From assembly GCA_002269645.1 (NCBI GenBank), contig NIVC01000218.1, forward strand, positions 80,407-144,406: a stretch of 64,000 bases of DNA, read 5' to 3'. The notes under the pieces were generated by a model. That model made no database searches, was not told the DNA's origin, and worked only from the letters and a program-made list of their open reading frames with translations. Source of the DNA: Macrostomum lignano (taxonomy: Eukaryota). This document shows, one piece after another, positions 22,901-36,928 of this stretch (positions are counted from its first letter, which is position 1; each line of letters opens with the position of its first letter). Position numbers and translations under genes: made by a program.

Positions 22901-25900
22901 ATGTCTACAAATCTGCCTGTTGGCCCAGCACCAACTGTAGGACTATTGGGCTTTTTTGATGGCATTGAATCCTCATCTGGAGCTGGAGCTGCAGAATCGG
23001 CTACTGCTGAGGCTGGGCCACCAGCATCATTGCTGCTGGTTGACCAAGATGGCAGCAGTGTTGGCTGTGCTGATCACCATGAAGCTATTAGGTAAATACA
23101 TGTATATCTTTATGATGCTACAAGCCTGTGTTTTTAAGGCTACAATCGTTATCTAAACTATGTGTACATACCATAAGATATATATTTTATAGACTAAGTT
23201 TTCATGTTTACATCAAATTTGAGAAATCTAAACTATCATTGGGGAATGTCTAGATATGGAATTCGATGTGTCTATTAAATCAAGAATGGGAGATGTCTAG
23301 ACCGTGATTGGAAGATGTCTAGACTAGGATTTGGATTTGTCTAGACCATGATTGATATTTGTCTAGATCAGGACTGGGAGTTGTCTAAATCACGATTGAT
23401 CCCGACAGTTAATTGATATTTGTCTAAATGCTTTCGTAATAAGTGGAACCTAGGTATGTATTTGGCATTGAAGAAGACAATTGCTTTCTTTGAAAGAGGT
23501 CTATTGCTATTCTAATTATTGTTTACTGCACAGGACTAATAGTTTTTCTACTTTAAAATTCTCACTACTTGTGAGTAGGCACGGTCGAGCAAAGCAAACT
23601 GCTTCCGCAGCAGGCAGCGCTGTTGTTGAAGACAACGTCTATCGATTGAATCACCTGCCCTGGGTGGCCCTGACAGAATCAGATAGTCACGTGCTCGATT
23701 CAACATTGACGTCATTGAAATCGCGCTCGGTGGCCACAGTTCTAGCTGGGGCTAGATTTTTTAAAGACGTTCTGGCTCGCGATTTTCCAGCGGAAGTGTT
23801 TCTACAGAGGAGCGGACTGCTAGCCTGTCTGGTTGGCTTGGCGGCTGGCGGCAGCGGAGGCGGCGGCAAGGAGGCGAACTCCGGCGAGTCGGCAGTTGCC
23901 GAGCTGGCCATCGATTCTCTGCTGCTGTATAGCGACAGATTGGCCGAAAGAATGGGACAGGTATGTGCTGTTGGGCTACGTTTTACCGGACAGTTTCAGA
24001 ATAGAACTCAGACAGTTTCAGAATTGAGATTGGACAGTTTCAGAATAGAACTCAGACAGTTTCAGAATTGAGATTGGACAGTTTCAGAATAGAACTCAGA
24101 CAGTTTCAGAATTGAGATTGGACAGTTTCAGAATAGAACTCAGACAGTTTCAGAATAGAACTCAGACAGTTTCAGAATTGAGATTGGACAGTTTCAGAAT
24201 AGAACTCAGACAGTTTCAGAATTGAGATTGGACAGTTTCAGAATAGAACTCAGACAGTTTCAGAATTGAGATTGGACAGTTTCAGAATAGAACTCAGACA
24301 GTTTCAGAATTGAGATTGGACAGTTTCAGAATAGAACTCAGACAGTTTCAGAATTGAGATTGGACAGTTTCAGAATAGAACTCAGACAGTTTCAGAATAG
24401 AACTCAGACAGTTTCAGAATTGAGATTGGACAGTTTCAGAATAGAACTCAGACAGTTTCAGAATAGAACTCGGATAGTTTCAGAATAAAACTCGGACAGT
24501 TTCAGAATAGAACTCGGACAGTTTCAGAATAGAACTCGGACAGTTTCAGAATAAAACTCGGACTGTTTCAGAATAGAACCCGGGCAGTTTCAATCAGAAG
24601 AGAACCCGCACAGTTTCATAATAGAACGTACATATACCCTAACCAAGCGAAGCCAAACCAAACCAAGGCATTAGATCCGGATTGTCACGTGCCGCCTCGT
24701 TCAGCCGTGCGTCGACGTCAATCTGCCAACGAAGACGGCCGCGACGACGCGGCAGAAGACTTTATGGACAACGACGAAGACGAGAATAACAGTTTAGATT
24801 GGAACGCTGCCGATTCAACTGCTCTAGTGGATCCCGATCTGCAGTGGTCGGCTCCTCGGTGCGCCATCGAATTGGCCGGAGTTGCCGTCGGCTGGCTAGG
24901 CAGGGCCACTGTTGAAGCTTCGTCATCGCCGTCAACTCGTAGACTGCAATTGGCTCTGAGCGGAGCCAGCCTGCTAGGGATGTGCATCGGTGAGGATGCC
25001 TGTCTGGCTTCTATGCCCGACCGTCTGGCTGGGCTGCTGGACCTGTGGGCCACTGTGCTGCATCGGCGGAGTCTGCGCGATGAAGTTTCTGCGCTAGCAG
25101 ATGTAGCTCTGGCTTATCGACGAGTGTACGCTACTCTGCTACCCTGCTTAATCGATTTAACTATGCGCCTGGCTGTTAACTCGTCCGGTTGCGTTAGCGA
25201 TGTTGCCTGGCAACGGTTGCCAAGGTCTACTAGGCAAGAATTATTAGAGGCGTGCCGTTGCGAAGCTAGTCTATTAGGCCTATCGAATTATCGAAGGCGG
25301 CAATTATTGACTCTGCTATTTTCTTCCGGTGTTGAGCCGGCCAGCGCTGACTGTCTGGTTGAGCGGCGCAGCTTGGACAGTCTCGGCCTGGCCATGTCGG
25401 CCGCCTGTCGGTTTCTTCGACAGGCTCCGGATGCCGCTGGATCGTCGGTTGAACTGTTCGAACTGTTAGACGAAGTGGCGCCAGTAGCTTTGCCGGCGGT
25501 TGGCGTGGCCGGTTGCGTCGGCTTTGTAGTGCAATTTGTTCAGGCCTATTCCAGAGCTTTGGCTATGCGTGACTCGGCATCTGCGGCCGCTAGAGGCGTG
25601 TTGCTAGGCCTGCTGGCGCATAGGCAGGCCACGTTGAGAAAGCGTACCTATGCTACCTGCCTGTTCGTGCTGCAGACTGCCCTGTCGATTGATTCGGCTA
25701 TGGAGCCTGGGAGTTGCGAATTTCGGCGGGCTAGGTTCCTGTTGGATAGGGACGTGCTGTACCAGGTGCGAAGTTAAAGGCTTCTCAAGTTCAAAGCTTC
25801 ATCATGAGCTCGATTCTAATAAACAGCTTCTCAAGTTCAATGCTTCACCATAAGCTCGATTGTAATACACAGCTTCTCAAGTTCAGTGCTTCGTCATAAG

Positions 25901-28900
25901 CTCGATTATAATACACAGCTTCTCAATTTCAAAGCTTCATCATGAGCTCGATTCTAGTACACAGCTTCTCAAGTTCAAAGCTTCATCATAAGCTCGATTA
26001 TAATACACAGCTTCTCAATTTCAAAGCTTCATCATGAGCTCGATTCTAGTACACAGCTTCTCAAGTTCAAAGCTTCATCATAAGCTCGATTATAATACAC
26101 AGCTTCTCAAGTTCAAAGCTTCATCATAAGCTCGATTGTAATCACAGCTTCTCAAGTTCAAAGCTTCATCATAAGCTCGATTGTAATAAACAGCTTCTTG
26201 ACTTTAAAGCTTCATCATAAGCTCGATTACTCGACACTGTTTTTACTACTGTATCAACGGTCTTATAATAAAACTTTTTTATGGTTTAAATATGAATTAA
26301 CTTCAATACAGATCGCCATGTTCGGCTTAGACTCTGAGGCGCCGCCCGAAGTACGAGAGATGGCCCAGGAGCTGCTCTGCCGTGTGCTTGAATCAAGGCC
26401 CTATACTGATGCTGACACCTGGCGCAGGGTAGTAGAAACCTGTCAGCTAGTTTTGCCTGTTTTGCAGGTAAATTTTTTTTGGCCTTTTTAATCAATTCAG
26501 TATGCAACTATATGTAATTAATGACGGTCATAGGGTCATAAAAAGACAGACTGAGCGGGAGATAGATAGAGTGGTAGATAGACAGATAGAGTGAGAGATA
26601 GACATAGTGGGAAATAGACAGATAGAGTGAGAGATAGACAGATAGAGTGAGAGACAGACAGATAGAGTGAGAGATAGGCAGATAGAGTGGGAGATAGACA
26701 GATAGAGTGAGAGATAGACATAGTGGGAGATAGACAGATAGAGTGGATGATAAACAAATAGAGTGAGAGATAGACAGATAGAGTGAGAGATAGACAGATA
26801 GAGTGAGAGATAGACATAGTGGGAGATAGACAGATAGAGTGAGAGACAGACAGATAGAGTGAGAGATAGGCAGATAGAGTGGGAGATAGACAGATAGAGT
26901 GAGAGATAGACATAGTGGGAGATAGACAGATAGAGTGGATGATAAACAAATAGAGTGAGAGATAGACAGATAGAGTGAGAGATAGACATAGTGGGAGATA
27001 GACAGATAGAGTGAGAGACAGACAGATAGAGTGAGAGATAGACATAGTGGGAGATAGACAGATAGAGTGAGAGACAGACAGATAGAGTGAGAGATAGGCA
27101 GATAGAGTGGGAGATAGACAGATAGAGTGAGAGATAGACATAGTGGGAGATAGACAGATAGAGTGAGAGATAGACAGATAGAGTGAGAGATAGACAGATA
27201 GACATAGTGCGAGATAGACAGATAGAGTGAGAGATAGACAGATAGAGTGAGAGACAGACAGATAGAGTGAGAGATAGGCAGATAGAGTGGGAGATAGACA
27301 GATAGAGTGAGAGATAGACATAGTGGGAGATAGACAGATAGAGTGGATGATAAACAAATAGAGTGAGAGATAGACAGATAGAGTGAGAGATAGACATAGT
27401 GGGAGATAGACAGATAGAGTGAGAGACAGACAGATAGAGTGAGAGATAGACATAGTGGGAGATAGACAGATAGAGTGAGAGACAGACAGATAGAGTGAGA
27501 GATAGGCAGATAGAGTGGGAGATAGACAGATAGAGTGAGAGATAGACATAGTGGGAGATAGACAGATAGAGTGAGAGATAGACAGATAGAGTGAGAGATA
27601 GACAGATAGACATAGTGCGAGATAGACAGATAGAGTGAGAGATAGACAGATAGAGTGAGAGACAGACAGATAGAGTGAGAGATAGGCAGATAGAGTGGGA
27701 GATAGACAGATAGAGTGAGAGATAGACATAGTGGGAGATAGACAGATAGAGTGGATGATAAACAAATAGAGTGAGAGATAGACAGATAGAGTGAGAGATA
27801 GACATAGTGGGAGATAGACAGATAGAGTGAGAGATAGACAGATAGAGTGAGAGATAGACAGATAGACATAGTGGGAGATAGACAGATAGAGTGGGAGATA
27901 GACAGATAGAGTGAGAGATAGACAGATAGAGTAGGAGATAGACAGATAGAGTGGGAGATAGACAGATAGTGAGAGATAGACAGATAGACATAGTGGGAGA
28001 TAGACAGATAGAGTGGGAGATAAACAGATAGAGTGGAAGATAGACAGGTAGAGAGGGAGATAGATAGAGAGGAAGATAGAGTGGTGGACAGACAGACAGT
28101 GCGGGAGACAGACTGAGCGGGAGATAGATGGAGTGGGTGTGAGATAAAAGATGAAGAGCGTGATCGATAAATAAGGGAGCTATTAATGAATACACAGGCA
28201 GCCACCAGTAGACGAAAACTAGGCGATATGTATCGAAATGGCCAGACATAGAGCTACATGTACATTCACACTCGTTGCACCCAACAGGCGCACACAGACC
28301 TGGAGTCGGGATTCGGCCGCTGCCTGCTGGCATTCTGCGGCACCCAGTCCGGCCCAGTGGCCGACGCCATGTCTCGCCTACAGCGAATGCGCGCCTGTCT
28401 TCGCCTGCTCTACTCGCCAGACGTTGACGTTCGTCGCGAAGGCGTAGCCCGAGCTTGCGCTTTTCTAACGGCCGAAACCGATTCGGACGCGAAGCAGCCG
28501 GTGTTTCTCGACGTCAATCTCAAGCATATGATGAATTTAGTGTATGTTGATCAGCAACAGCCGAGGCAGTTGGAGACCGCGTCAACTCTAGATCCATCTA
28601 TGCAGATTGAAGGATTGAATAAAGTGTACGAGATTTTCCGGCGCGGCCCGTCCGAGGGCGGAGTTGATCCGGCTGTGAGGAAAAGTGCCGGAGAGCAGGT
28701 GAATTATTGATTTATTGATTGATGGCTTTTGGCAGGAACATTCATGTGACATCCTTCGTTATAGAGTTTCTAAAATGTTCTGATGCCACTCGGATCTGTG
28801 TTTCCCCCTCTCAGCTCCCTCTCCCCCTCTCTCAGATTCCTCTCCCCCTCTCAGCTCCTTATTCCACCTCTCAGATCCCTCTCCCCCTCTCAGCTCCCTC

Positions 28901-31900
28901 TCCCCCTCTCAGTTCCCTCTCCCCCTCTCAGATCCCTCTCCCCTCTCAGTTCCCTCTCCCCCTCTCAGATCCCTCTCCCCTCTCAGATCCCTCTCCCCCC
29001 TCTCAGATCCCTCTCCCCCTCTCAGATCCCTCTTCCCTCTCTCAGATTCCTCTCCCCCTCTCAGCTCCTTATTCCACCTCTCAGATCCCTCTCCCCCTCT
29101 CAGTTCCCTCTCCCCCCTCTCAGATCCCTCTCCCCTCTCAGTTCCCTCTCCCCCTCTCAGATCCCTCTCCCCCCTCTCAGATCCCTCTCCCCCTCTCAGT
29201 TCCCTCTCCCCCCTCTCAGATCCCTCTCCCCCTCTCAGTTCCCTCTCCCCCTCTCAGATCCCTCTCCCCCTCTCAGTTCCCTCTCCCCCTCTCAGATCCC
29301 TCTCCCCCTCTCAGTTCCCTCTCCCCCTCTCAGATCCCTCTCGCCCTCTCAGCTCCCTCTCCCCCTCTCAGCTCCCTCTCCCCCTCTCTCAGATCCCTTT
29401 TCTATTCTCTCAGATCCCTCTCCCCCTCTTAGCTCCCTCTTCCTCTCTCTCAGATCCCTCTTCCTCTCTCTCAGATCCCTCTTCCTCTCTCTCAGATCCC
29501 TCTTCCTCTCTCTCAGATCCCTCTTCCTCTCTCTCAGATCCCTCTTCCTCTCTCTCAGATCCCTCTTCCTCTCTCTCAGATCCCTCTTCCTCTCTCTTAG
29601 ATCCCTCTTCCTCTCTCTCAGACCCCTCTTCCCCCTCGCTCAGATCTCTCTTGCCCATCTCTTAGATAATTCCTTCTTACTTGGTGTTTCTCCCTCATAC
29701 TCTATCTCTAAAAAGTAAATTTTCTAAACATTTGTATCCCCATTCCGTCACCGACAGGTGAGCATATTCCTGCAGAATCCCGGCCTGCACCGGCACTTCA
29801 TCGTGAACCTATCCGGCCTCCAGTACACCATGGATTTAATACAGCGCTGCCTTCGCCGAGACGAAGCCTATCTAAGCATGGTACTGCCCGCCTGTATCTC
29901 CATACTCCGCCGCCTGGCCCTGTTGAATCGCGAAGTTCGCCGACTCCTAGCCGAGGACTACACAGTCTACTCTTGCGCGGTACGCTGCGCTCTGCATCTG
30001 AACTATGACTCATCCTGCAAGCTCGAGGTCAGCCAGTTGCTAGCCCTACTGCTATACGACGAGATGACGCCGCCGGTGCCCAAAACTGTCAATGATTTCT
30101 CTTTACCAGCCGGATTGGTTCGACGCTTGAAACTGCCGTTTCGCTGTACAACCTACGATTTAGCTAATCCCCACGCTGCTCAAGCTGATAGCTGTGGTGT
30201 AGATTCTCTAGCTGGTCAGCGATCGCTTCGGTTGCTATGGAATCTGGCTTGGCAGGCCGGCGGTAGCCGGACCAGACTGCTAGCTCTGGCCGATAAGCAG
30301 CCAGACGTACTAGAAGACTATTCTGAACGAATGCGGCTTAGCGAATTAGATTGGCACCTGTTGAGAGCCGGATGCGCCAGTTGGTTGGCAGCTGAAGCTA
30401 TTCAAGATTTATCTGGCGCTAAAGATCATGCGGTTGCTGGATGGGCAGTGGATCGACTGACTGTCTGCCGACTGATGACCGAGTACCAGCATGAAGACGC
30501 TGATAGTCCACAGGCGGTGTACGAAGACGAATGGGACAGCTTTGATGAAGATGGTGAGTTTGCTCTATTCTGTTCTAACTCTGCTCTAACTCTTAATCCG
30601 CTGCATTGTTACCCACCCGACCCGTAATCCCCCCCCTAATCCGCTGCACTGCTCCTGCTCATAATCCTGATCTAAATTGCCATTATAATAAATCTTCTAA
30701 ACTGCTTTTCCCAATACAGGCAACAACAATAAAAAGCAGTCGAAAAGCAGAGCCAGCGGCCAACGCTCATCCGGCAACCTAGAAGAAGAAGCAGAAGAAG
30801 AGATCGAAGAGCAACCCAGCTCAGCCAGCCGTGTCGATGGCAGCAATAGCGATGCCACCTCAGACGATAATCCTACCTGGATTGATGCAGCCGACAGGTT
30901 CGTTCGAGTTCGTCCAGCTTCCAGCGCTGACTACCGCCTGCTGTGCCGCCTACTCGATTTGCTACTCACCGATTTGGCTTCTCAGAACAATAATAGTAGT
31001 GGTCGGATACGGTTGTTAAATTGGCTATTGAGTCGATTGGCTCCGCCGGACGGGGTCCTGCTCTATATTGTTGCTATGGGCGACGCGTTAGTTTGCGATA
31101 CGGACAGCGAACGATTGGCGGATGCTAAACGACGCGCCTGGAGATCTTCTGTAGCTCTGGCCGGTGCTGTGGCCGACTGTCTGCTACTTGATCATGCAGT
31201 CGGCACTGAGCAATTGGATTTGGATGCCGCGGCTACGTTTGTATCCACTGTGGCATTCTATCTGGTTAGGAGATTACTAGCTGGCAAGCATTTGCGTCAG
31301 TTGGCTCAACTACACGACTGTCTATCGGCTCTGTTGCGACTTACATCGACAAGTGCTGCTGCTGCTGATGCTGGACAACTGCAGTCTGTTTCATCTGGCT
31401 GGAACTGGGCCACCGCCTGTCCTTTGCAGGCTGAGGAGCCGCTTAGATTAGCCTGTCTAGAAGCTGTTGGTCAGGTTAGTTTTCGCCGCTGCCGTCATTC
31501 TTATCTACCTTAATTGCCTCTCCAGTATCGTATTCTAGACCTCTTTGATGTTGCCGTCATTCTTATCTACCTTAATTGCCTCTCCAGTATCGTATTCTTG
31601 ATATCTTTGATGTTGCCGACATTCTTAGCTACCTTAATTGCCTCTCCAGTATCGTATTCTTGATATCTTTGATGTTGCCGACATTCTTATCTACCTTAAT
31701 TGCCTCTCCAGTATCGTATTCTCGATCTCTTTGAAGTTACCGCCATCCTTATCTACTCTAATTGCCTTTCCAGTATCGTATTCTCGATCTCTTTGAAGTT
31801 ACCGACATTCTTATCTACCTTAATTGCCTCTCCAGTATCGTATTCTTGATATCTTTGATGTTGCCGACATTCTTAGCTACCTTAATTGCCTATCCAGTAT

Positions 31901-34900
31901 CGTATTCTTGATCTCTTTGATGTTGCCGCCATTCTTTTCTACCTTAATTGCCTCTCCAGTATCGTATTCTCGATCTCTTTGATGTTGCTGCCATTCTTAT
32001 CTACCTTAATTGCCTCTCCAGTATCGTATTCTTGATATCTTTGATGTTGCCGACATTCTTATCTACCTTAATTGCCTTTCCAGTATCGTATTCTTGATCT
32101 TTTTGAAGTTACCGCCATTCTTATCTACCTTAATTGCCTCTCCAGTATCGTATTCTCGATCTCTTTGAAGTTACCGCCATTCTTATCTACTCTAATTGCC
32201 TTTCCAGTATCGTATTCTCGATCTCTTTGAAGTTACCGACATTCTTATCTACCTTAATTGCCTCTCCAGTATCGTATTCTCGATCTCTTTGATGTTGCCG
32301 CCATTCTTATCTACCTTAATTGCCTTTCCAGTATCGTATTCTTGATCTCTTTGATGTTGCCGAAATTCGTATCTATTTTCATTGCTCTTCATTACCTGTC
32401 CCTCTACTATCCCAGGTGATGGACTCATTATTACGCGACAGAGTCGACGTTCGCGACTCTTTTATGGGCCACGGCAGCCTGCTGTGCCTACTAGGCCTAT
32501 TGCGCAATCTAGCCGCCGATTGTCAAGGCCAAGCTCAAGGTCAAACACTGCCGCCTCTAAACGCTTGGAAAATTCCGCTCAACTGGGCCTGCCTACTAGT
32601 GGCCGGCCGTCACCAGCTGTTAACAGCCGCCGCTTTAGATTTCCTAGCCTGCCTGTGCCGCATTTCCGACTCAGCCGCTGCGGCCGTGCATTCCGCCCTG
32701 GAATCGGCCGGCGTTAGCGCCGACGGCGCCTGGGGCCTCGGCCTGGCACTGCTGCGGCCCGGCGCCATTGCCGGCTGCAGTCCGCTAGTTCGTGCCCAAG
32801 CCTGCGACCTTCTGGCCTCGTTGATTGCCGCTTCAGCTGCCGCCGCTGGAAGCGGAACGGACGCCCAGAAGCGACTGGCGTCGGAGAGCAGTCAGCTGGT
32901 GTCTTCTTTGGCTCGGCAGTTGTTAGCCTACTGGCCCGAGCCGGAGCTGCCGCCTAGCGCCGTTGTCCTTCACTCCGGCGCTGGGGTTAGGCGGCAGGCA
33001 CCGCCGGGCGTCTGTACGCCTCGATTGCTGGCTGGGATTTGTCGACTATTACAAAATCTGTGCTGCCTAATGCCGAACAGATTGCCAGCGGAACTGGCCG
33101 AGCTGAAGGTGCATGTTTCGGCATTTTTTATGTATCTATCAAGACGACGAATCATTTGACATAGCTATAACTTCTATAAGTTCACGACCCAGTTTTGAAG
33201 CTGCTTTATCCATCATTTACTCATATCCTCTTCTTTAACCCATTCAGCCCGTCTTTGACCAATTCAGCCCGTCTTTGACCCATTCAACCCATTTTTGACC
33301 CATTCAACTCATCTATGACCCATTCAACTCATCTATGACCCATTCAGCCTATCTTTGACCCATTTAGCCTATCTTTGACCCATTCAACTAATCTATGACC
33401 CATTCAGCCTATCTTTGACCCATTCAGCCTATATTTGACCCATTCAGCCCGTCTTTGACCATTCAACCCATCTATGACCCATTCAACCCGCATTTGACCC
33501 AGTTGAATTTCCTTGACTTGCGGCCCATCTTGACCCAATCAACTTATGAAACCGATTTTAACAAATCCTAAAGCAAACGAAAGGTTCGATTTCCACTCCT
33601 ATTCCCCAGGTGACATCGCTACTAATCGGCCTGCTGGACCCGGGCCTACTGGAGCAGTGCGCTCGGTCTGGTCAGCTGCCCGACCGTCTGGCTCAGCCAA
33701 CCTGCTCTGTGCTTCGCCTTCTTCGCCTATTGGCCTGCGACGATTTGCGATTGCGCGCGCGACTGTTGCACGACGACCGACTGCTTGGCCGGCTGGTACG
33801 GCTGCTCAAATTGCGCTGGAGCTGGGGCGCCGGCTCAAGTGGACAGTCGGGGAAGTCGTCGCCGCGGCCTCCACAACCTGCAATGCTGCGACTGTGGACT
33901 GAGGCTTGTCAAACTTTGACTCTGCTTACATATGGGCGAGAGTTGGGTAAGGGGTTGTCTCCTATCTATTGAAGCCATGTGGGCTTCACTTGATTCAGAT
34001 TGATTTATTGTTACTTGTGGGTCAGTATGGGTCAAGGCCCAATGTGGGTCTGGGTTCGTTCAATGTCGGTAAAGGTAGGTATTGTGTGCGTACATCTAGT
34101 AGTAAACCAGTGCTTCTCTATTTTTGGTTGGTACAGGTCGCGTTGACCCGGGCGCAGTGAATCACGTTGCCGCGGCGCTGGCCAATCGATTGCCAGCCTG
34201 TTTGTCGGCGCTGTCTCGCCTGTTGGATTATGACGACTGCGTTGGTGCTGTTGCTGGCAGTGGCTGTCAGAGCGAGGGCTCCAGATCTGCTCTGCTACTC
34301 TGCCATGCTGTTTTGCATTCGCCAGATTTAAAACCGCTGCTGGACAAGCCTAGAGGTGGCGGCGGCGGAGAGTGCGAGGGTGGAGAAGATGCGGAAAGCT
34401 TGGAAAAGGTTGGTTAATATTTTATTAGGTTGGAACTTCCAATGTATCAGATTAGTTTTGAGCGTATCTGAGTGGGCTTCAGTGTATCTGAGTAGTTTTC
34501 AGTGTATCTGAGTAGGTTTCCATGTATCTGAGTAGGTTTCAGTGTATCTGAGTAGGTTTCAGTGTATCTGAGTAGGTTTCAGTGTATCTGAGTAGGTTTC
34601 AGTGTATCTGAGTAGGTTTCAGTGTATCTGAGTAGGTTTCAGTGTATCTGAGTAGGTTTCAATATCTGAGTAGGTTTCAGTGTATCTGAGTAGGTTTCCG
34701 TGTATCTGAGTAGGTTTCAGTGTATCTGAGTAGGATTCCGTGTATCTGAGTAGGTTTCCGTGTATCTGAGTAGGATTCCGTGTATCTGAGTATGTTTCCG
34801 TGTATCTGAGTAGGTTTCCGTGTATCTGAGTAGGTTTCCGTGTATCTGAGTAGGTTTCAGTGTATCTGAGTAGGTTTCAGTGTATCTGAGTAGGTTTCAG

Positions 34901-36783
34901 TGTATCTGAGTAGGTTTCAGTGTACGTGTACTTAAGCAGGTTAAAATGCATTTGGGTAGGTTGATATGCATGAGTGAGCCGTATCAAATTTTAGTTAGCA
35001 TATTTTTCCACAGGCCGGCTCCAATTTCGCCACCCTGGGCGCTCGCTTCGCCCACCGCCTGATGCGCCGCTACGACACCCTGTGGACTCTGCCATCGTCA
35101 GTCGCGAATTCTCCAAACGCTGCCATCGCTGGCATCGCCGAAGACCGCGCCACCCTGACAGCCGCGCTAAAGATGCTTCTATTAGCCTCGCGATCAGCTA
35201 AAACCGCGGCATTAAACGCCGGCTTTGTTGAAGCCCTATTAGAAACCTTTCGTCGGCCCAGTTTGACTTCGAGCGAAGCTCGGCAAACTGCCGAATTGTT
35301 GCAACACCTGATGCACTCGATGCCCGAAGCTAAGCTGGCCGCCGCGTCTGGTTGCTGCCTAGCCGATCGGGTGCAACGTCTGTGGCCAACTGCGCTGACG
35401 CAACCGGCTCTGATGCTGGCCATCCTTCGCCTGCTAGCCGTGTTCACCTCACCGCCTCCGTCCAGATGCGCCGGCCTGTCTGCGGGTCTGATCCAAGCTC
35501 TACTGCGATTGGCTGGCCAGGATAACCAGCTGTGGCGCGAGGCTGATCTGGTTGGTTGCGACGATTGAAGTCTTGATCTTTAATGTTCTCACCCAGCTAA
35601 TGTACATTCACTCTGACCAAGCTCAAACCCCCAATGTACATGCACCCTGACCAAGCTCAAACCCACTCCATGTCTAAGATTCCACCCACCCCAATGTACA
35701 CTCGCTCTTATCAGCCTCCTATCCCACCCACCCAATGTACACTCGCTCTTATCAGACTCCAATCCCACCCACCCAATGTACACTCGCTCTTATCAGCCTC
35801 CTATCCCACCCACCCAATGTACACTCGCTCTTATCAGACTCCAATCCCACCCACCCAATGTGCACTCGCTCTTATCAGCCTCCTATCCCACCCACCCAAT
35901 GTAAACTCGCTCTTATCAGCCTCCTATCCCACCCACCCAATGTACACTCGCTCTTATCAGCCTCCTATCCCACCCACCCAATGTACACTCGCTCTTATCA
36001 GCCTCCTATCCCACCCACCCAATGTGCACTCGCTCTTATCAGCCTCCTATCCCACCCACCCAATGTAAACTCGCTCTTATCAGCCTCCTATCCCACCCAC
36101 CCAATGTACACTCGCTCTTATCAGCCTCCTATCCCACCCACCCAATGTACACTCGCTCTTATCAGCCTCCTATTCCACCCACCCAATGTACACTCGCTCT
36201 TATCAGCCTCCTATCCCACCCACCCAATGTACACTCGCTCTTATCAGCCTCCTATCCCACCCACCCAATGTACACTCGCTCTTATCAGCCTCCTATCTCA
36301 CCCACCCAATGTACACTCGCTCTTATCAGCCTCCTATCCCACCCACCCAATGTACACTCGCTCTTATCAACCGAGTAGTTCACTTGACTTTCACTGCAGA
36401 TCCGTCGCGCCTGCTTCTCCGTTCTGTCCAACGCTGCCCTGACCAGCCCCGAGCTCCGATCCAGCCTGGTTAAAAGCCGCTTCGTTGAACGATTCAATGC
36501 CTTACCGTCTGGCGAGCAGCAGCTGTCGAAATCTGGCAAATCAGCTGCGGCTGATTGGCTGAGACTGTTGGGCAATTTGAGCATCTCGCCCGATGGCCAG
36601 GTGGCTCTGTTAAGCCAGCCCTCGTGTCTGCAGAAATTGTGCGATTTGGCTACTACCAACGATCTGCGTAGACAGGTTTGAAATGCTCTGTTCTGTTTTT
36701 AACCTATGTAGCGGTTTTTACAGAACCCATACATAGATCGACACTGAGACACAGACTACAGACAGACAGACAGACACACACAC

Positions 36784-36852
<69 letters not shown>

Positions 36853-36889
36853 TAGATAGACAGACACACAGAAATTAACACAGACAGGC

Positions 36890-36928
<39 letters not shown>

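Noticed and set aside
26508-29718. Very long ORFs (565, 601, 409, 311 aa etc.)
   Set aside because: They are translations of intronic tandem repeats that lack stop codons. The same applies to ORFs at 35634-36473, 41762-42286, 45744-46205, 48161-49180, 54016-54876, 61557-62113 and 63055-63476.
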